From: Candidatus Daviesbacteria bacterium
Lineage (GTDB): Bacteria; Patescibacteriota; Microgenomatia; Daviesbacterales; UBA10151
Direction: 5' to 3'
Assembly (NCBI GenBank): GCA_016186955.1
Contig: JACPKP010000003.1
Span: forward strand, 66,290 to 130,289
DNA: 64,000 bases
In this document: positions 55,253 to 64,000 of the stretch, piece after piece
Position numbering within the stretch: position 1 is the first letter of the stretch
Layout of the letters: each line of letters starts with the position of its first letter
Notes under the pieces: generated by a model
The model's input: only the letters and a program-made list of their open reading frames with translations
What the model was told of the DNA's origin: nothing
Database searches by the model: none
Program-made: the position numbers and the translations under genes

Positions 55253-57546
55253 GGGGTTGGTGAAGGAGAGGGAGTATTTTTAGGTGATGGTTTAGGGCTA
55301 ACTTTGACAGCTTCAGGTGTAGCGATATTTTCCGGTTGTGGCAGGTTCAGAACTTTTGGCAGCTGTTTTTTTTGGAGGGCGCCTTTTTCTTCCTGGGGGA
55401 TATTCTGCTTAGCGCTGCCGGTTGCAGTTTTATTGCCCTCAGATTTAATATCAGATAGCAGTTTGCTGGCTGTATCATAGTCTTTATCTTTGGGGTTTAA
55501 TAAAGATATTAATGCTTTCACGGTAAGCTCGGCGCCTGCAAAATCCCCCTTATCTTTCTGGGTTGCTGCAAGGCGGTAATAAGCAATGGTAAGATCCGGT
55601 TTTAAATTGATAGCATCAGTGAAAAACCTGATAGCCAGGTCATAATTTTTGATAGAACGGTGGATTTCCCCAACGCTAAACCTTAGCAGCGGGTTTAACG
55701 GGTCTCTTAATATTGCTTGCCCGTATGAATCCAGCGCAAAACTGAGGGCGTTTTGCGCCACACCGGTGATTTGCCGGTATATTGAACCCAATATTTCATA
55801 ATTGGTGCTGTTTCTCGGGCTTAAAAATATGGCATTTCTCGCCTCACTGATTGATTGTGATAAAAGCTGGCTGATGTCCTGTTTATCCTGGTCTGTCAGG
55901 GAGCCGGTGGGGGAGGCCTCGCTCGGGCCTTTGGCGGCTGCAATCCCGTTAGCCAAGGCAAAATCAACCTGGGCGAGGTTAATCCTGTACAGGTCAATTT
56001 GGGAGTTTAATTGTTTGGCTTGTTGCAGCCGGTAGTAGGTGTCAGGGCCTTTTTTATAAATTGAATCCAGCGCCAGCCGGTGCTGGTAGTCGGCAAGCGC
56101 CACCCGGTATATATTACTGGCGGCTGCTGCCACAAAAATAAATACTACTATTAGCAGGGTAATTGGCAAAACATCACCGGCTATCAGGTTTTGCATTGCC
56201 TGGGGATCCAGCCTGGATGCCTTGATACCCAAATGCCATTCTTCCGCCTTGCCGGCCATTTTATGCATTGCCACCAGCATCGCCCATATAGTAAGTGTTA
56301 CCACCATAGTTGTTGGAGTAGAAACATGCATGGCAAGCAGTATCAGGGCAGCAATAGCGCTAATGGAAAGGGACGCCGCAGCCAGGTTATTCTCAGGCTG
56401 CATCAGCCCCCTGGCCCCTAGCTTAAATACTGTAAATGACAGGTATAAAAAGGCCAGAAAACCTGTGATTCCTAGTGTCCCTAAAATCTGTAGGTATTCA
56501 TTAAAAGCGCTGTCAAAGCGTAAATTCCAGAATTTGGTCATGTTAAATTCAATTGGTTTATTTTTGGTGAAGTTAAACAGGTAAGTACCAGGGCCTGTGC
56601 CTAAAAATGGGGCATCACGGAAAGCGGAAGCGGATATCTGCCAGGAGATAGCCAGCGGCAGTTGGATCTCCTTTGGAAAATCCAGCCGTTTTTGGAAAAA
56701 GGGGTTAGCGGGTTGGCCTGTTTTGATAAAACCCAAAATTAAAATCAGCGCTGCAATACAAAATGGGATGGCGGCATAGATAACACTACGTTTAATACGT
56801 TCCAGTTTAGCTGTAAAAAATGTCAACCCTAAAACTGCCAAAGCAGCCGTACCTGTTGCCATGTCTCCAATCAAAGCTATGGCGGCTGCAAACAAACCGG
56901 ATAATATAATAGCTAAATACAGCGGTATAAAATTATTCGGGTTGGCTATTGAAAGCAATGTTACCGGCAGCATCAACACCAGCAGTGTTGATGCGGAAAA
57001 AGAGGATCCTGTAGGGGTAAAATTGACAGTTTGCGCAAAGGGAAGGGGAATATACCAGTTGAAATAAGATACAATACTAACAGCGGCTACCAATACTGCA
57101 GAAGAGAGTAGACTATAGTATAAAGCTTTAACCTGGGTTCTGGATTTGATATTGGATACAAGGATAAAATAGAACAGTATGTAAGTGATAAAGCTGACTA
57201 TTGAACCATGGACCCTGGGTAAATTGCCAAAGATTGCCACTGGCTTTGAATCTGTAAAAACAGTGGACAACACCAACACTGCAAGCAGTAACACAAGGGG
57301 TAGGTCAAGAGGGGTTTTGGTCACTACCACCTTGCCCTCTAAAACCCACTTCAGCGACCACAGCAAAAGTAAAAGCAGGACAGTTACTGATAAAAAAATA
57401 AGTTTGGGGATGTCAAAAAATTCTGTCGTAAGGGGGACAAAAATAAGCGGGGTGATAAAAATTACCAACACCATCAAAACTGTCATCAATTTACTTACCC
57501 ATGTTAATAAAGCTTGTTTCATAATCTTAAAATTTGATCTTTCCAA
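55249..57546 (-). CDS. Wzy_C / O-antigen-ligase-like membrane protein with C-terminal TPR repeats (PglL/WaaL-type candidate oligosaccharyltransferase)
   Basis: About 12 TM helices. Wzy_C-like loop motif FRDAPFLGTGPGTY...SAFNEYLQILGTLGITG. C-terminal TPR (AYYRLAATQKDKGDFAGA...) and a PKPSPKNTPSPSPTP tail. Confidence 0.5.
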   Translation of the reverse strand: MERSNFKIMKQALLTWVSKLMTVLMVLVIFITPLIFVPLTTEFFDIPKLIFLSVTVLLLLLLWSLKWVLEGKVVVTKTPLDLPLVLLLAVLVLSTVFTDSKPVAIFGNLPRVHGSIVSFITYILFYFILVSNIKSRTQVKALYYSLLSSAVLVAAVSIVSYFNWYIPLPFAQTVNFTPTGSSFSASTLLVLMLPVTLLSIANPNNFIPLYLAIILSGLFAAAIALIGDMATGTAALAVLGLTFFTAKLERIKRSVIYAAIPFCIAALILILGFIKTGQPANPFFQKRLDFPKEIQLPLAISWQISASAFRDAPFLGTGPGTYLFNFTKNKPIEFNMTKFWNLRFDSAFNEYLQILGTLGITGFLAFLYLSFTVFKLGARGLMQPENNLAAASLSISAIAALILLAMHVSTPTTMVVTLTIWAMLVAMHKMAGKAEEWHLGIKASRLDPQAMQNLIAGDVLPITLLIVVFIFVAAAASNIYRVALADYQHRLALDSIYKKGPDTYYRLQQAKQLNSQIDLYRINLAQVDFALANGIAAAKGPSEASPTGSLTDQDKQDISQLLSQSISEARNAIFLSPRNSTNYEILGSIYRQITGVAQNALSFALDSYGQAILRDPLNPLLRFSVGEIHRSIKNYDLAIRFFTDAINLKPDLTIAYYRLAATQKDKGDFAGAELTVKALISLLNPKDKDYDTASKLLSDIKSEGNKTATGSAKQNIPQEEKGALQKKQLPKVLNLPQPENIATPEAVKVSPKPSPKNTPSPSPTP

Positions 57547-57591
57547 TCATCGGATAAAAGCAGTAAATTGTCAACCCTTTTACCCAAGATT

Positions 57592-60500
57592 TTATGGCGC
57601 TCCTGTTACCGGGCCATATCTAGCTGCGCCACCATCATTATATAAAGCCTTAATTTGGGTGGCAGTTAGGGCATAGTTATAGATCCTGGCATCATCAATC
57701 TGGCCGTTTAAAGGTTGTTGGTTGGATTGAGAGTTGCCTAACTTGGCATTCACATTAGGACTAGTATTGGCAACAGCAGACTCTGCTTGGCTTAAAGAAC
57801 CTTCCTGGACACCATTAACATATATATAATGAACATCAGCATCACTATCAAATACCGCTGCCATATGATACCAGGTTCCCGTAGCGGCAGTTGTACTGGT
57901 GGCGCAAACATTTCTTCTGGAGGAACCAGAAGTGCCTGTCCTGAAGCTAAAGGCGAAATGGTTTGCTGTACAAACAGTACCAAGGTTATCCATCCAGACC
58001 TGAGCTCTGATGAAGCTTGCAACATCTGCCACTGGTTCATAGTAAAGTGAAGAATTCCCTAAAGCGGTAATATTCATCCAGCCGCTGATAGTATATTGGC
58101 TCAAACCTTTAACACTAAAAGAGCCCAAATCCACATAATCATCATTTCCATCAAAGTTAAGGGAATAATTCCTCTTACCTGAATTACTGCCTGATGCACC
58201 ACCCCAGGCAGATGTTGATGTTGAACATGTGCCAACTGTAGTTGTTCCACCAGAACCGAGGGTGATTGTACCTGGATAGCTGTTACCTGAGGAATCATTA
58301 ATAGTTGTCCCCTGGCACTCATCCATCTTCCAGTGGGCAACAGGAGCCCCCCTGTTATAATCCCAGGCAATTTGGGCCGGAGTCCTGGCATAAGTAAATT
58401 CTTTTAACCCATCAATAGTCCCATCAAAAGTACTACCACTAGTAATATCATAAGTTGCCACAGCTATAAAAGCCGGATTAGTATTGGCAATTGTGCCTAC
58501 AGCTGTAGTGTCTGTATCTTCCAGCTTGCCATTAACGTATAGTTTGTGCGAGTCATTCACACTATCATAAACACCAACGATATGATACCAACTGTCTCCA
58601 GCAGCTACAGTTGTAGAACAAAGGGTAGCATCAACCCCGTTATTAGCAGTATCAAAAACAAAGGAAAAATTCCCGGCACTACACCGCAGTCCACCATCAA
58701 TTTGAAGTCCTATTCTAGGCGCACTTCCCCCTGCATTCTGTTCCTCATAAATTTCTCTATCGCCTGATCCAGGTATAGTGTTGGGTTTTACCCATGCTTC
58801 AATTGTTACAGCGGTCTGGTTTTTTACTGTAGCGGTGGTTGGTACATTTACATACGTTGTATTACCATTAAACTTTAAAGCCCCACCAATTTTACCTACC
58901 ACTACCGTTGGGGTATTAGTTATAGTTCCAGCGTAACCGTTGCCTGAAGTATCGTAAGCACTTCCTGAATTAGCTTTTTCTTCAAAATCATACCTTAAAA
59001 GTGGTTCTGCACAGGAAGTAGAATCCCCAGGCACACAATATTCCTGGTTTGCAGCCTGGACCTGATAAGAAGAATTATCAGACAAAGCCCCTAAAACCTG
59101 GGATGAGCTTCTATTCATGTCCAGTTTTACCTGCTCTGCAGTTAAAGCCTGGTTATAAACTTTAGGCTCATCTATTGTCCCTGCAAATAAATTAGACCCT
59201 GCATTTTCTGCGCCAATATCCAAAATAGTAGTAGGGTTTTGCAGGGTAGTGGGGATAGAAGTGGTGTTACTGGCATCTTGTACTCCATTAATATATAGTT
59301 TGACAGAATTTGCGCTGGAAAATACTCCGGCTACATGATACCAGGTGCTAGCCGAGAGTTTAGTTGTCCCGGTTGTCGTGATAATAGAAGGTCCTGTAGA
59401 ATTCACAACTGACATATTCAAATAGACACCTCCTATGCCGGTATCAATATACAAACAATATGCAGAGGTAGCAGCAGTGCCTGTGTATTTACAGATAATG
59501 TCATGGGTAGAGGAGGTATCAGCTAAATTAACCCAGGCTGATAAAGTCAGATCACCGGTAATTTTTAAAGCAGCCACATCAGATGGCATAGCCACATAAT
59601 CATTTGTCCCATCAAAGATCAATGCTTTACCAAACTTGCCTGAATTAGTCCAGCCAGAGGTGGAAGTAGCAGGCACTGCCATGCCAGACTGAGCTCCATC
59701 TAGAGCAGATCCTTGGGATCCTGAATTACAGGCATCATTTGTCCCTCCAGAGCAGGTATTATCTGCTCCCTGCTCAAACTTCCAATGCCCCAAAGGCGTC
59801 CCCACAGGGGAACCTGGCGCAGGGTGCCCGGCATTCATGTCTTCTATAATTTGAGCAGAAGTCCGGACATAATTATAAATTTTAACTTCATCAATCTTTC
59901 CATTAAAGAAAGAGGAACCAACTAGACTACCTATTCGGAAACTATTCAATACAGTGTTAAAAGCAGTAAAACTTGTATTTTGGCCAACCAACACACCATT
60001 TAAATAAAGTTGAATAGTTGTTGAGCCATTAAAGACTCCTGCCAGATGGTACCAGGTTTTAGTAGAAACCGTATTGGTAACATCAAAGTCATTATTCCAA
60101 CCAAAGTATCTTATTTTTTGGGTCCCGGCATCATTTACCAACTGTAACCCATTAGCACCATTATCTGTTCCTTCTGTACCATAACGAAAAATGGTCGCTT
60201 GAACATTGTTACTTGGTAGAGAGTTAGCATAAAACCAAGCCTCAATTGTTCTTGGTTTAGAACCGCTTGGAAATGTAGAATCTGATCCGGCAATAAATGC
60301 AGAACTCCCGTCAAAACTTCCTGCTTTGCCATATTTACCAATAGTTACAGTTGCCGAAGTGCTTGTTCCGTTTATTCCATTCCCTGATGAATCCTTAACT
60401 TCTCCTGAAGTTCCATTCCAGCTTGGTTCCTCCATCTTCCAATACCCCACTGGCCCTGGAGCAAAGTTATACAGCTGGGAGACTTCAGCAGGAGAGATGG

Positions 60501-62946
60501 CTCGATTATAGACTCTTACTTCATCTACTCTGCCTTGAAAATTAAATCCACCACTGGTCGAGCCAATTCTCAAGGCGTTGGTATCATTAACTACAGAGGT
60601 AGTAGTTGAGGAGGATTCTTCTAATACTCCATTAACAAAAATTCTGACCTCCTTACCATCATATGTCCCAACTACATGGGCCCATGTACTTGTCGAAATT
60701 GCTGTTGTACCAGTGGCGGTTACCCAAGCTGATCCTGTACTGACTTCAAAAATTGGAAAATTATTTGCGCTTCTAAAGCCTAATTCATAACTTGAATTAG
60801 CATTTGTTGAGCCGTCACCTTTATTAATAGCCATTTCAGCTGTTACAGTTCGTCCTCTATAAAGCCAAGCAGCCACGGTTACTCTGGAAGGGGTTAAGCC
60901 ATCATTATCATCAATATTGACATAGTCATTTGTACCATCAAAGTCACCAGCATTGCCAAATTTTCCAGTAAGTGGGTCATTGGCATCTGCATTTGGGCAT
61001 GATTCACCATTATTACTATTTCCTGATGCATCAGTTACTTCCTCTGTTGTACAATCACTAGTCCAGGAACTCTCATCCATCTTCCAATATCCCACCAGCC
61101 CATTAGAGAGATTGCTTCGCGGATCGCTCGCAATGACGGTTGAGGCTCCTTCATTATTCCCCCTGGCGTTAAAATCAGCTAACACCTGTGTAGCCGAGCG
61201 GGCATAAGGGTAAACCTTAACCTCATCTATAAACCCCAGCCATTCATTGGACGTGCCATCCCGGTCTACACCGACATAAAAAATATTGGTATTAGCTAAA
61301 GTTGCAGTTGTTGGGTCTGTTTGGCTGTCTTTTTGAATGCCGTCCACATACACATAAACTTTATCATCGGTATTGCTTCGTACCCCGGAAACAAAATGCC
61401 ACTTGTCATCATCAAAGTTGGCATTGGCAGAGCAGGTAGAGATATCGGGGCCCCAGGATGAATCATCATCGATGCCAAAACACAAATCCCCATCTGCGTC
61501 CATCCATAGTTTATACCCGCCTGTTGTCGTATCGGCTTTACTCATAATGTAATTAATAGCGCTGGAGGCGCCGTTCCTTTTCACCCAGGTAGAAACAGTA
61601 AAGTTGTCGGTTGCAGCAAAATCCAGTTTTGCATCATCTGCTTTTGATACATTCATATTGGCAGTACCGGAAAAGTAATAACATTTTCCGCTAATGCACA
61701 TATCTTCAGTCTGCCAGGTAGGATTGTTGTTTAAAGTTCCATCTAAATTGTTAGTAGTTGAATCCTGGATAACACTACTTATTGCAGGGTCATCAAATTT
61801 CCAGTATAAGGTAGGGGAGGGGGCTTTAGCTTCAGAACCAAGTGAGCCTACTGAATAGTTGGAAGCCTGGGATTGGGAAAAAGCCCCGACATCTTTGGAA
61901 GACACAGCAGGGTTGCCATAATATACATAATAAGTGGATTTTAAATCCGGGAATGAGGTAAGAAGAAAATCAACAGTTGTGTTAGAAAGGTTACAGGCAT
62001 TAGTCCTGCCAATATAGTAAGGTAGGTTCTTTCCTCCCTGGTCAGTAATCCTGATATCCTGGCAGGATGATTGTAATTTCCCTGCAGTAATTAAAGTTGC
62101 AGTATCAAGGCTAAAAGAGATAAAAACATTGGATTGGGCAGAGCCGTTGGTAGAGGTAACAGGCACTTCCTGCCTGTACGCCCAATCATCATTGAACCAG
62201 ACAGCTTGTGTAGATTTAGTCCAAGGACCAAACAGATACAACAGCCCTGATCCTGACAGGGCAAAGAATATAATAAGGTAGGTAGTTAGGGTTTTTTTGG
62301 TAAGTTTAATAAAGCCTTTTTGCCAAGCTTTTCCTCTTTGCTCAAGGCGTTTTTTAAGTAAATTTTCATTAAATCCACCCTCTTTGGTGTGTTTTTCTTT
62401 TAAAGATTGAATTAATTTATCTATTAAAAAATTGGCTTGCTGGATTAAGGTAATTAGTAAATTAACAGCCCGGGTGGAATCTGAGGGAAGAGAGGGGAAA
62501 TTAGGTTGAGAAGGGAGATAGGGATTATTTTTAATTATCTCCCAAATTACCCCTATTTCCCTTATCTCCCTTTTCGCCCTTTCTTTATCCCAAATTTCTA
62601 TTTTATTTTGCCTGGCATAAGATAAGTAGTCATTTAGAAGCTCCTCTAAGGAGCCTCTGGAAACTCCTGAAAGCTTAATATAACCTGCTAAGCTTTGCTG
62701 TTTGTAGCCCTCCGGAATATTTTGCATACCACTCCTTGCTGCTTGCTCCATCTGATCAACTGTTCTTGACTTATAAGGGATGTATTTTTTAACAAATTCC
62801 ATTGTAAGGTCATAAATAGGTACAGTTAGCTTATATGCTAAGAGATATTCATAGCCTGCTTTTTTCTTTTGATTCTGCTTTTGGTTTATTTCCATATCTT
62901 CCATATTTCCCTTATCTCCCTTATGGTGCTCCAGTGCTTGGTCCAT
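57592..62946 (-). CDS. Giant surface protein (1784 aa): N-terminal four-helix-bundle (Avd/TIGR02436-like) domain, one TM helix, then at least 7 tandem LamG/concanavalin-A-like lectin domains
   Basis: N-terminus MEQAARSGMQNIPEGY...SRGSLEELLNDYLSYA matches the four-helix-bundle protein family. TM helix TYLIIFFALSGSGLLYLF. Repeated modules end in D(E/D)V(K/R)(V/I)YNxAL(S/T)xxQ(V/I). Rich in G/S/T/N. Confidence 0.7.
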   Translation of the reverse strand: MDQALEHHKGDKGNMEDMEINQKQNQKKKAGYEYLLAYKLTVPIYDLTMEFVKKYIPYKSRTVDQMEQAARSGMQNIPEGYKQQSLAGYIKLSGVSRGSLEELLNDYLSYARQNKIEIWDKERAKREIREIGVIWEIIKNNPYLPSQPNFPSLPSDSTRAVNLLITLIQQANFLIDKLIQSLKEKHTKEGGFNENLLKKRLEQRGKAWQKGFIKLTKKTLTTYLIIFFALSGSGLLYLFGPWTKSTQAVWFNDDWAYRQEVPVTSTNGSAQSNVFISFSLDTATLITAGKLQSSCQDIRITDQGGKNLPYYIGRTNACNLSNTTVDFLLTSFPDLKSTYYVYYGNPAVSSKDVGAFSQSQASNYSVGSLGSEAKAPSPTLYWKFDDPAISSVIQDSTTNNLDGTLNNNPTWQTEDMCISGKCYYFSGTANMNVSKADDAKLDFAATDNFTVSTWVKRNGASSAINYIMSKADTTTGGYKLWMDADGDLCFGIDDDSSWGPDISTCSANANFDDDKWHFVSGVRSNTDDKVYVYVDGIQKDSQTDPTTATLANTNIFYVGVDRDGTSNEWLGFIDEVKVYPYARSATQVLADFNARGNNEGASTVIASDPRSNLSNGLVGYWKMDESSWTSDCTTEEVTDASGNSNNGESCPNADANDPLTGKFGNAGDFDGTNDYVNIDDNDGLTPSRVTVAAWLYRGRTVTAEMAINKGDGSTNANSSYELGFRSANNFPIFEVSTGSAWVTATGTTAISTSTWAHVVGTYDGKEVRIFVNGVLEESSSTTTSVVNDTNALRIGSTSGGFNFQGRVDEVRVYNRAISPAEVSQLYNFAPGPVGYWKMEEPSWNGTSGEVKDSSGNGINGTSTSATVTIGKYGKAGSFDGSSAFIAGSDSTFPSGSKPRTIEAWFYANSLPSNNVQATIFRYGTEGTDNGANGLQLVNDAGTQKIRYFGWNNDFDVTNTVSTKTWYHLAGVFNGSTTIQLYLNGVLVGQNTSFTAFNTVLNSFRIGSLVGSSFFNGKIDEVKIYNYVRTSAQIIEDMNAGHPAPGSPVGTPLGHWKFEQGADNTCSGGTNDACNSGSQGSALDGAQSGMAVPATSTSGWTNSGKFGKALIFDGTNDYVAMPSDVAALKITGDLTLSAWVNLADTSSTHDIICKYTGTAATSAYCLYIDTGIGGVYLNMSVVNSTGPSIITTTGTTKLSASTWYHVAGVFSSANSVKLYINGVQDASNTTSIPTTLQNPTTILDIGAENAGSNLFAGTIDEPKVYNQALTAEQVKLDMNRSSSQVLGALSDNSSYQVQAANQEYCVPGDSTSCAEPLLRYDFEEKANSGSAYDTSGNGYAGTITNTPTVVVGKIGGALKFNGNTTYVNVPTTATVKNQTAVTIEAWVKPNTIPGSGDREIYEEQNAGGSAPRIGLQIDGGLRCSAGNFSFVFDTANNGVDATLCSTTVAAGDSWYHIVGVYDSVNDSHKLYVNGKLEDTDTTAVGTIANTNPAFIAVATYDITSGSTFDGTIDGLKEFTYARTPAQIAWDYNRGAPVAHWKMDECQGTTINDSSGNSYPGTITLGSGGTTTVGTCSTSTSAWGGASGSNSGKRNYSLNFDGNDDYVDLGSFSVKGLSQYTISGWMNITALGNSSLYYEPVADVASFIRAQVWMDNLGTVCTANHFAFSFRTGTSGSSRRNVCATSTTAATGTWYHMAAVFDSDADVHYIYVNGVQEGSLSQAESAVANTSPNVNAKLGNSQSNQQPLNGQIDDARIYNYALTATQIKALYNDGGAARYGPVTGAP

Positions 62947-64000
62947 AGTTTATTGCCCCATTACTATAAAGTGTTTTTACCTGGGTAGAACTTAAAGCAT
63001 AATTAAATAATTTTATCTCATCCATTTGCCCCAGATACCTGCCAGCTCCGCCTGAGGTTTCCCCCATATAAAGAATGGAGGAGGCAGCAGTTACATTATT
63101 AGTTTCAGAGCTCTGTTTAATTAACTGCCCATTTAAATAGGTATTAATATTTGTCCCGTCATATGTACACAAAACATGATTCCACGAACTGAGCGTTAAA
63201 GTCGAAGTTGGTGCAGAGGAGTTGTGGAAGGCTGCGGAGTAATAGACCCCGCAAATTGGCATGGAACTGCTATCTGTAGTCAGCTGAAACTCACTGGATT
63301 TCTCAAGTAATGTTTTAGATGCAACTGAAGTTGTAGGATAAAACCAGCCTCCCCAGGAAAATTTAGTGGTAGTGGCAGCTGCAGCAGCCAGAGGTGAGAA
63401 AGCGCTAGTTGTCACAAAATCATCAGTGCCATCAAAATTTAGGGAGTAATTTATCTTGCCAGTCCTGCCATTATACCAGGCAGTGGCAGTATCCACCACC
63501 GCGCAGGCTCCAGCACTAGTTTGGGTTCCAGAGGCTCCAATAGTAATAGTCCCTGTATTGGAATTTCCTGATAAATCATTAACACTTGCTCCATTACACT
63601 CATCCATATCCCAGTAAGCCATAGGAGCCCCCCTGTCCATATCCCACTTGATCTGGGCAGGGGTTCTGGCGTAGCTGTAAATCCTAAAATCGTCATATGT
63701 CCCCTTAAATTCTGTGGTGGCATTGGCCCAGGCGCCTATTGAAATACCGTTTGGTGCGGTATCCTCAACAGCAGATACTGATTGGGACAAAGAAGCATCT
63801 AGTGTGCCATTTAAATATATCTTATGGATATCAGATACACTGTCAAAAACCGCAGCCACATGATACCACCTGTTAGTTGATAAAGCAGTTTGACTGCACA
63901 CATCATACCTGGTTGAAGTACTATCTCCTGTCCTGAAATGAAAACTGAATGCGGCAGAGCCGGCATTGCAATTACTAAAATTATATCCAGTTGTTAAAAA
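62921..64000 (-). CDS. LamG/concanavalin-like repeat protein; N-terminus lies beyond the window end (frame open to 64000)
   Basis: Same repeat modules (DDFRIYSYARTPAQIKWDMDRGAP, DEIKLFNYALSSTQVKTLY). C-terminus ...NYGPSTGAP is similar to the giant protein's C-terminus. No stop occurs between 63901 and 64000 in frame. Confidence 0.65.
   Translation of the reverse strand, partial: FLTTGYNFSNCNAGSAAFSFHFRTGDSTSTRYDVCSQTALSTNRWYHVAAVFDSVSDIHKIYLNGTLDASLSQSVSAVEDTAPNGISIGAWANATTEFKGTYDDFRIYSYARTPAQIKWDMDRGAPMAYWDMDECNGASVNDLSGNSNTGTITIGASGTQTSAGACAVVDTATAWYNGRTGKINYSLNFDGTDDFVTTSAFSPLAAAAATTTKFSWGGWFYPTTSVASKTLLEKSSEFQLTTDSSSMPICGVYYSAAFHNSSAPTSTLTLSSWNHVLCTYDGTNINTYLNGQLIKQSSETNNVTAASSILYMGETSGGAGRYLGQMDEIKLFNYALSSTQVKTLYSNGAINYGPSTGAP

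Noticed and set aside
57592-64000. A diversity-generating retroelement acting on the LamG genes, suggested by the Avd-like domain
   Set aside because: No reverse transcriptase ORF is in the window. The 3' ends of the two LamG genes differ at all four base types rather than only at adenines, so they are paralogous repeats and not a TR/VR pair. This is kept only as something to check beyond the window.
1-64000. An alternative genetic code (UGA recoding, as in some CPR lineages)
   Set aside because: Long ORFs are intact under the standard code and TGA terminates several well-supported genes, for example at 28569-28571 and 22243-22245.

Overview
The window is AT-rich bacterial DNA read with the standard code; TGA is used as a stop, for example at 28569-28571. 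Gene content and style suggest an uncultivated, possibly CPR/Patescibacteria-like lineage, but that is a guess. About 50 kb (positions 2-50597, plus 55249-57546) is one dense cell-envelope or protein-glycosylation supercluster. It holds roughly 14 predicted GT-C-fold integral-membrane glycosyltransferases of several families: TMTC-like with TPR, TMEM260/DUF2723-like with TPR, ArnT/PMT-like, and a paralogous family of very large membrane proteins. Alongside are 9 GT2 genes, 5 GT4 genes, 6 SAM methyltransferases, 2 NAD-dependent sugar epimerases, a Wzx-type flippase and a Wzy_C/PglL-like ligase with TPR. Two toxin-antitoxin pairs are embedded: an AbrB-type antitoxin with a PIN toxin, and Phd/YefM with RelE. 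Downstream of a roughly 830-bp noncoding region containing tandem DnaA boxes lie rho, a LysM-M23 peptidase, two tRNA-Ala genes flanking a hypothetical ORF, and two huge LamG/concanavalin-like repeat surface proteins. The larger of these carries an Avd-like four-helix-bundle domain at its N-terminus. The sequence also shows small palindromic elements inserted in-frame into two membrane-protein genes, a heptanucleotide tandem repeat inside a GT2 gene, and recurring AT-rich intergenic motifs. Family assignments rest on remembered motifs and were not checked against any database.
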